From Sphingobacteriaceae bacterium (GTDB lineage Bacteria > Bacteroidota > Bacteroidia > B-17B0 > Aurantibacillaceae), in contig JAHEYE010000024.1 of assembly GCA_023251695.1 (NCBI GenBank), positions 1-36,704 of the forward strand: a stretch of DNA of 36,704 nt, given 5' to 3'. The first letter of the stretch is position 1; every line of letters starts with the position of its first letter. The position numbers were made by a program, and so were the translations under genes. This document shows, one piece after another, positions 35,866 to 36,704 of this stretch. The notes below the pieces were generated by a model. It searched no databases, was not told the DNA's origin, and saw only the letters and a program-made list of their open reading frames with translations.

Positions 35866-36704
35866 TTAATTAAGCACAAGTATTTTTGCCAAGGCAGAAG
35901 TGCTGCCGTCAGATAAAGCACAGGAAGCAATATAAACACCGGGCGCGACTTTTTGTCCTTTAATATTTTTTAATCCCCAAACAATTTGCCCGCCTTGTGA
36001 TTTTGTTTCCCATACTAAATTTCCATTGATATCGGTGATTTTTACAACAGATTCATTTATCAATCCTTTCACGTAAACGTTTCCGGTATAGCCGGGTCTA
36101 ACCGGATTTGGATAAGCGTGAACGTCTTTATATTCATCTTCTCCTTTAATAATTTCGGTGCGATAAGATTGAATTCCCTGATCAGAGCCGATAAAAATGT
36201 CGCCTGTATTTTCATTATAAGCAATATCTTGCACCACATTTGAAAAGAGCGGACTATTTTCGGCTGTGAAATGATAAATTTCTTTTTGTCCATCAGGTGA
36301 AAAACAAAATACACCGGCGGCCTCTGTGCCAATCCATTTACGGTTGGCGCCATCAATTGCTATGGCTGTCACTTTTTGGGTTTCCAATAAAATCTGTACG
36401 TGATTATCCTGAGTAATGAGAATTTGTTGTGCATCATAATTAGCTCCGGTAAAAATATTTTCGGGAGTATAAAAAACCGCGACGCCTTTTGAGGTACCAA
36501 TCCAGATTTTTCCGTCCATGTCCTCTGCTATTGCAAATACATATGGGTCCGGTAATTTCCCCTGACCTTCGCTTAATGTTAGAAACTTGAAATTGCTTGG
36601 GCCAGGTGCTGAAAAGTTATTGTTTTTATAAACTGCTAAACCGGTTGCTGTTGCATAATTTACATTATTGTAAACGCCAACAACCCCACCGCTTCTTGGA
36701 AATG
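35866..36704 (-). CDS. secreted beta-propeller (two-component-regulator-propeller-like) protein with T9SS C-terminal sorting domain; 5' end outside the window (possibly PorZ-like)
   Basis: I translated the frame by hand and it stays open from the first ATG (36519) to the window edge. It contains Reg_prop-like repeats (DGKIWIGTSKGVAVF, ANRKWIGTEAAGVFCF, GDIFIGSDQGIQSY). The C-terminal ~80 aa, YPNPV...VKITDINGNLVW...VAPGVYI...KILVLN, are typical of a Por/T9SS CTD. Confidence 0.7.
   Translation of the reverse strand, partial: FPRSGGVVGVYNNVNYATATGLAVYKNNNFSAPGPSNFKFLTLSEGQGKLPDPYVFAIAEDMDGKIWIGTSKGVAVFYTPENIFTGANYDAQQILITQDNHVQILLETQKVTAIAIDGANRKWIGTEAAGVFCFSPDGQKEIYHFTAENSPLFSNVVQDIAYNENTGDIFIGSDQGIQSYRTEIIKGEDEYKDVHAYPNPVRPGYTGNVYVKGLINESVVKITDINGNLVWETKSQGGQIVWGLKNIKGQKVAPGVYIASCALSDGSTSALAKILVLN

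Noticed and set aside
35865-35939. 25-codon N-terminal extension of the recO ORF (MFILLPVLYLTAALL...)
   Set aside because: It overlaps the C-terminal sorting domain of the upstream gene. The conserved RecO N-terminus begins at the internal Met (ATG 35864).
1-36704. Search for CRISPR arrays, tRNA/rRNA genes, transposases, integrases, toxin-antitoxin pairs or long nucleotide repeats
   Set aside because: None was seen. The only repeated DNA is the diverged skp2/skp3 duplication. All other similarity (the AlgJ-like pair and the barrel pair) is at the protein level only.

Overview
AT-rich (about 35-38% GC by eye) chromosomal segment that looks like a Bacteroidota genome. Supporting signs are a T9SS-type C-terminal sorting domain, a uppS-bamA-skp array, several lipoproteins of DUF4292/DUF4296/DUF3098/DUF6089-like type, TAnnTTTG -7 boxes, almost no Shine-Dalgarno signal, and many forced TTG/GTG starts. 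I call 28 protein-coding genes, two of them cut by the window edges. I found no rRNA, tRNA, CRISPR array, transposase, integrase or obvious pseudogene. Most of the window is envelope-biogenesis housekeeping: dxs, uppS, bamA, three skp/ompH, an EnvC-like activator operon, truB, uppP, gmd, fcl and recO. Three parts look accessory and deserve attention. (1) 6297-12727 is a tightly coupled four-gene module: a GH16-domain lipoprotein, an MBOAT O-acyltransferase, and two paralogous membrane-anchored AlgJ/AlgX-like proteins. The paralogs carry a Gly in place of the expected catalytic Asp, and each ends in two copies of an unassigned 34-aa motif. There is no polysaccharide synthase nearby, so this is my best candidate for an undescribed glycan O-acetylation/remodelling system. 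(2) 28854-35151 is a gmd-fcl operon continuing into a WecA/MraY-type initiating transferase flanked by two paralogous Wzi/RemB-like outer-membrane barrel genes. (3) 2-6211 is a 2062-aa thioester (CAEQ) alpha-2-macroglobulin with a long disordered bait-like insert and no pbpC partner downstream. All family assignments come from motifs read by eye. No database search was possible.
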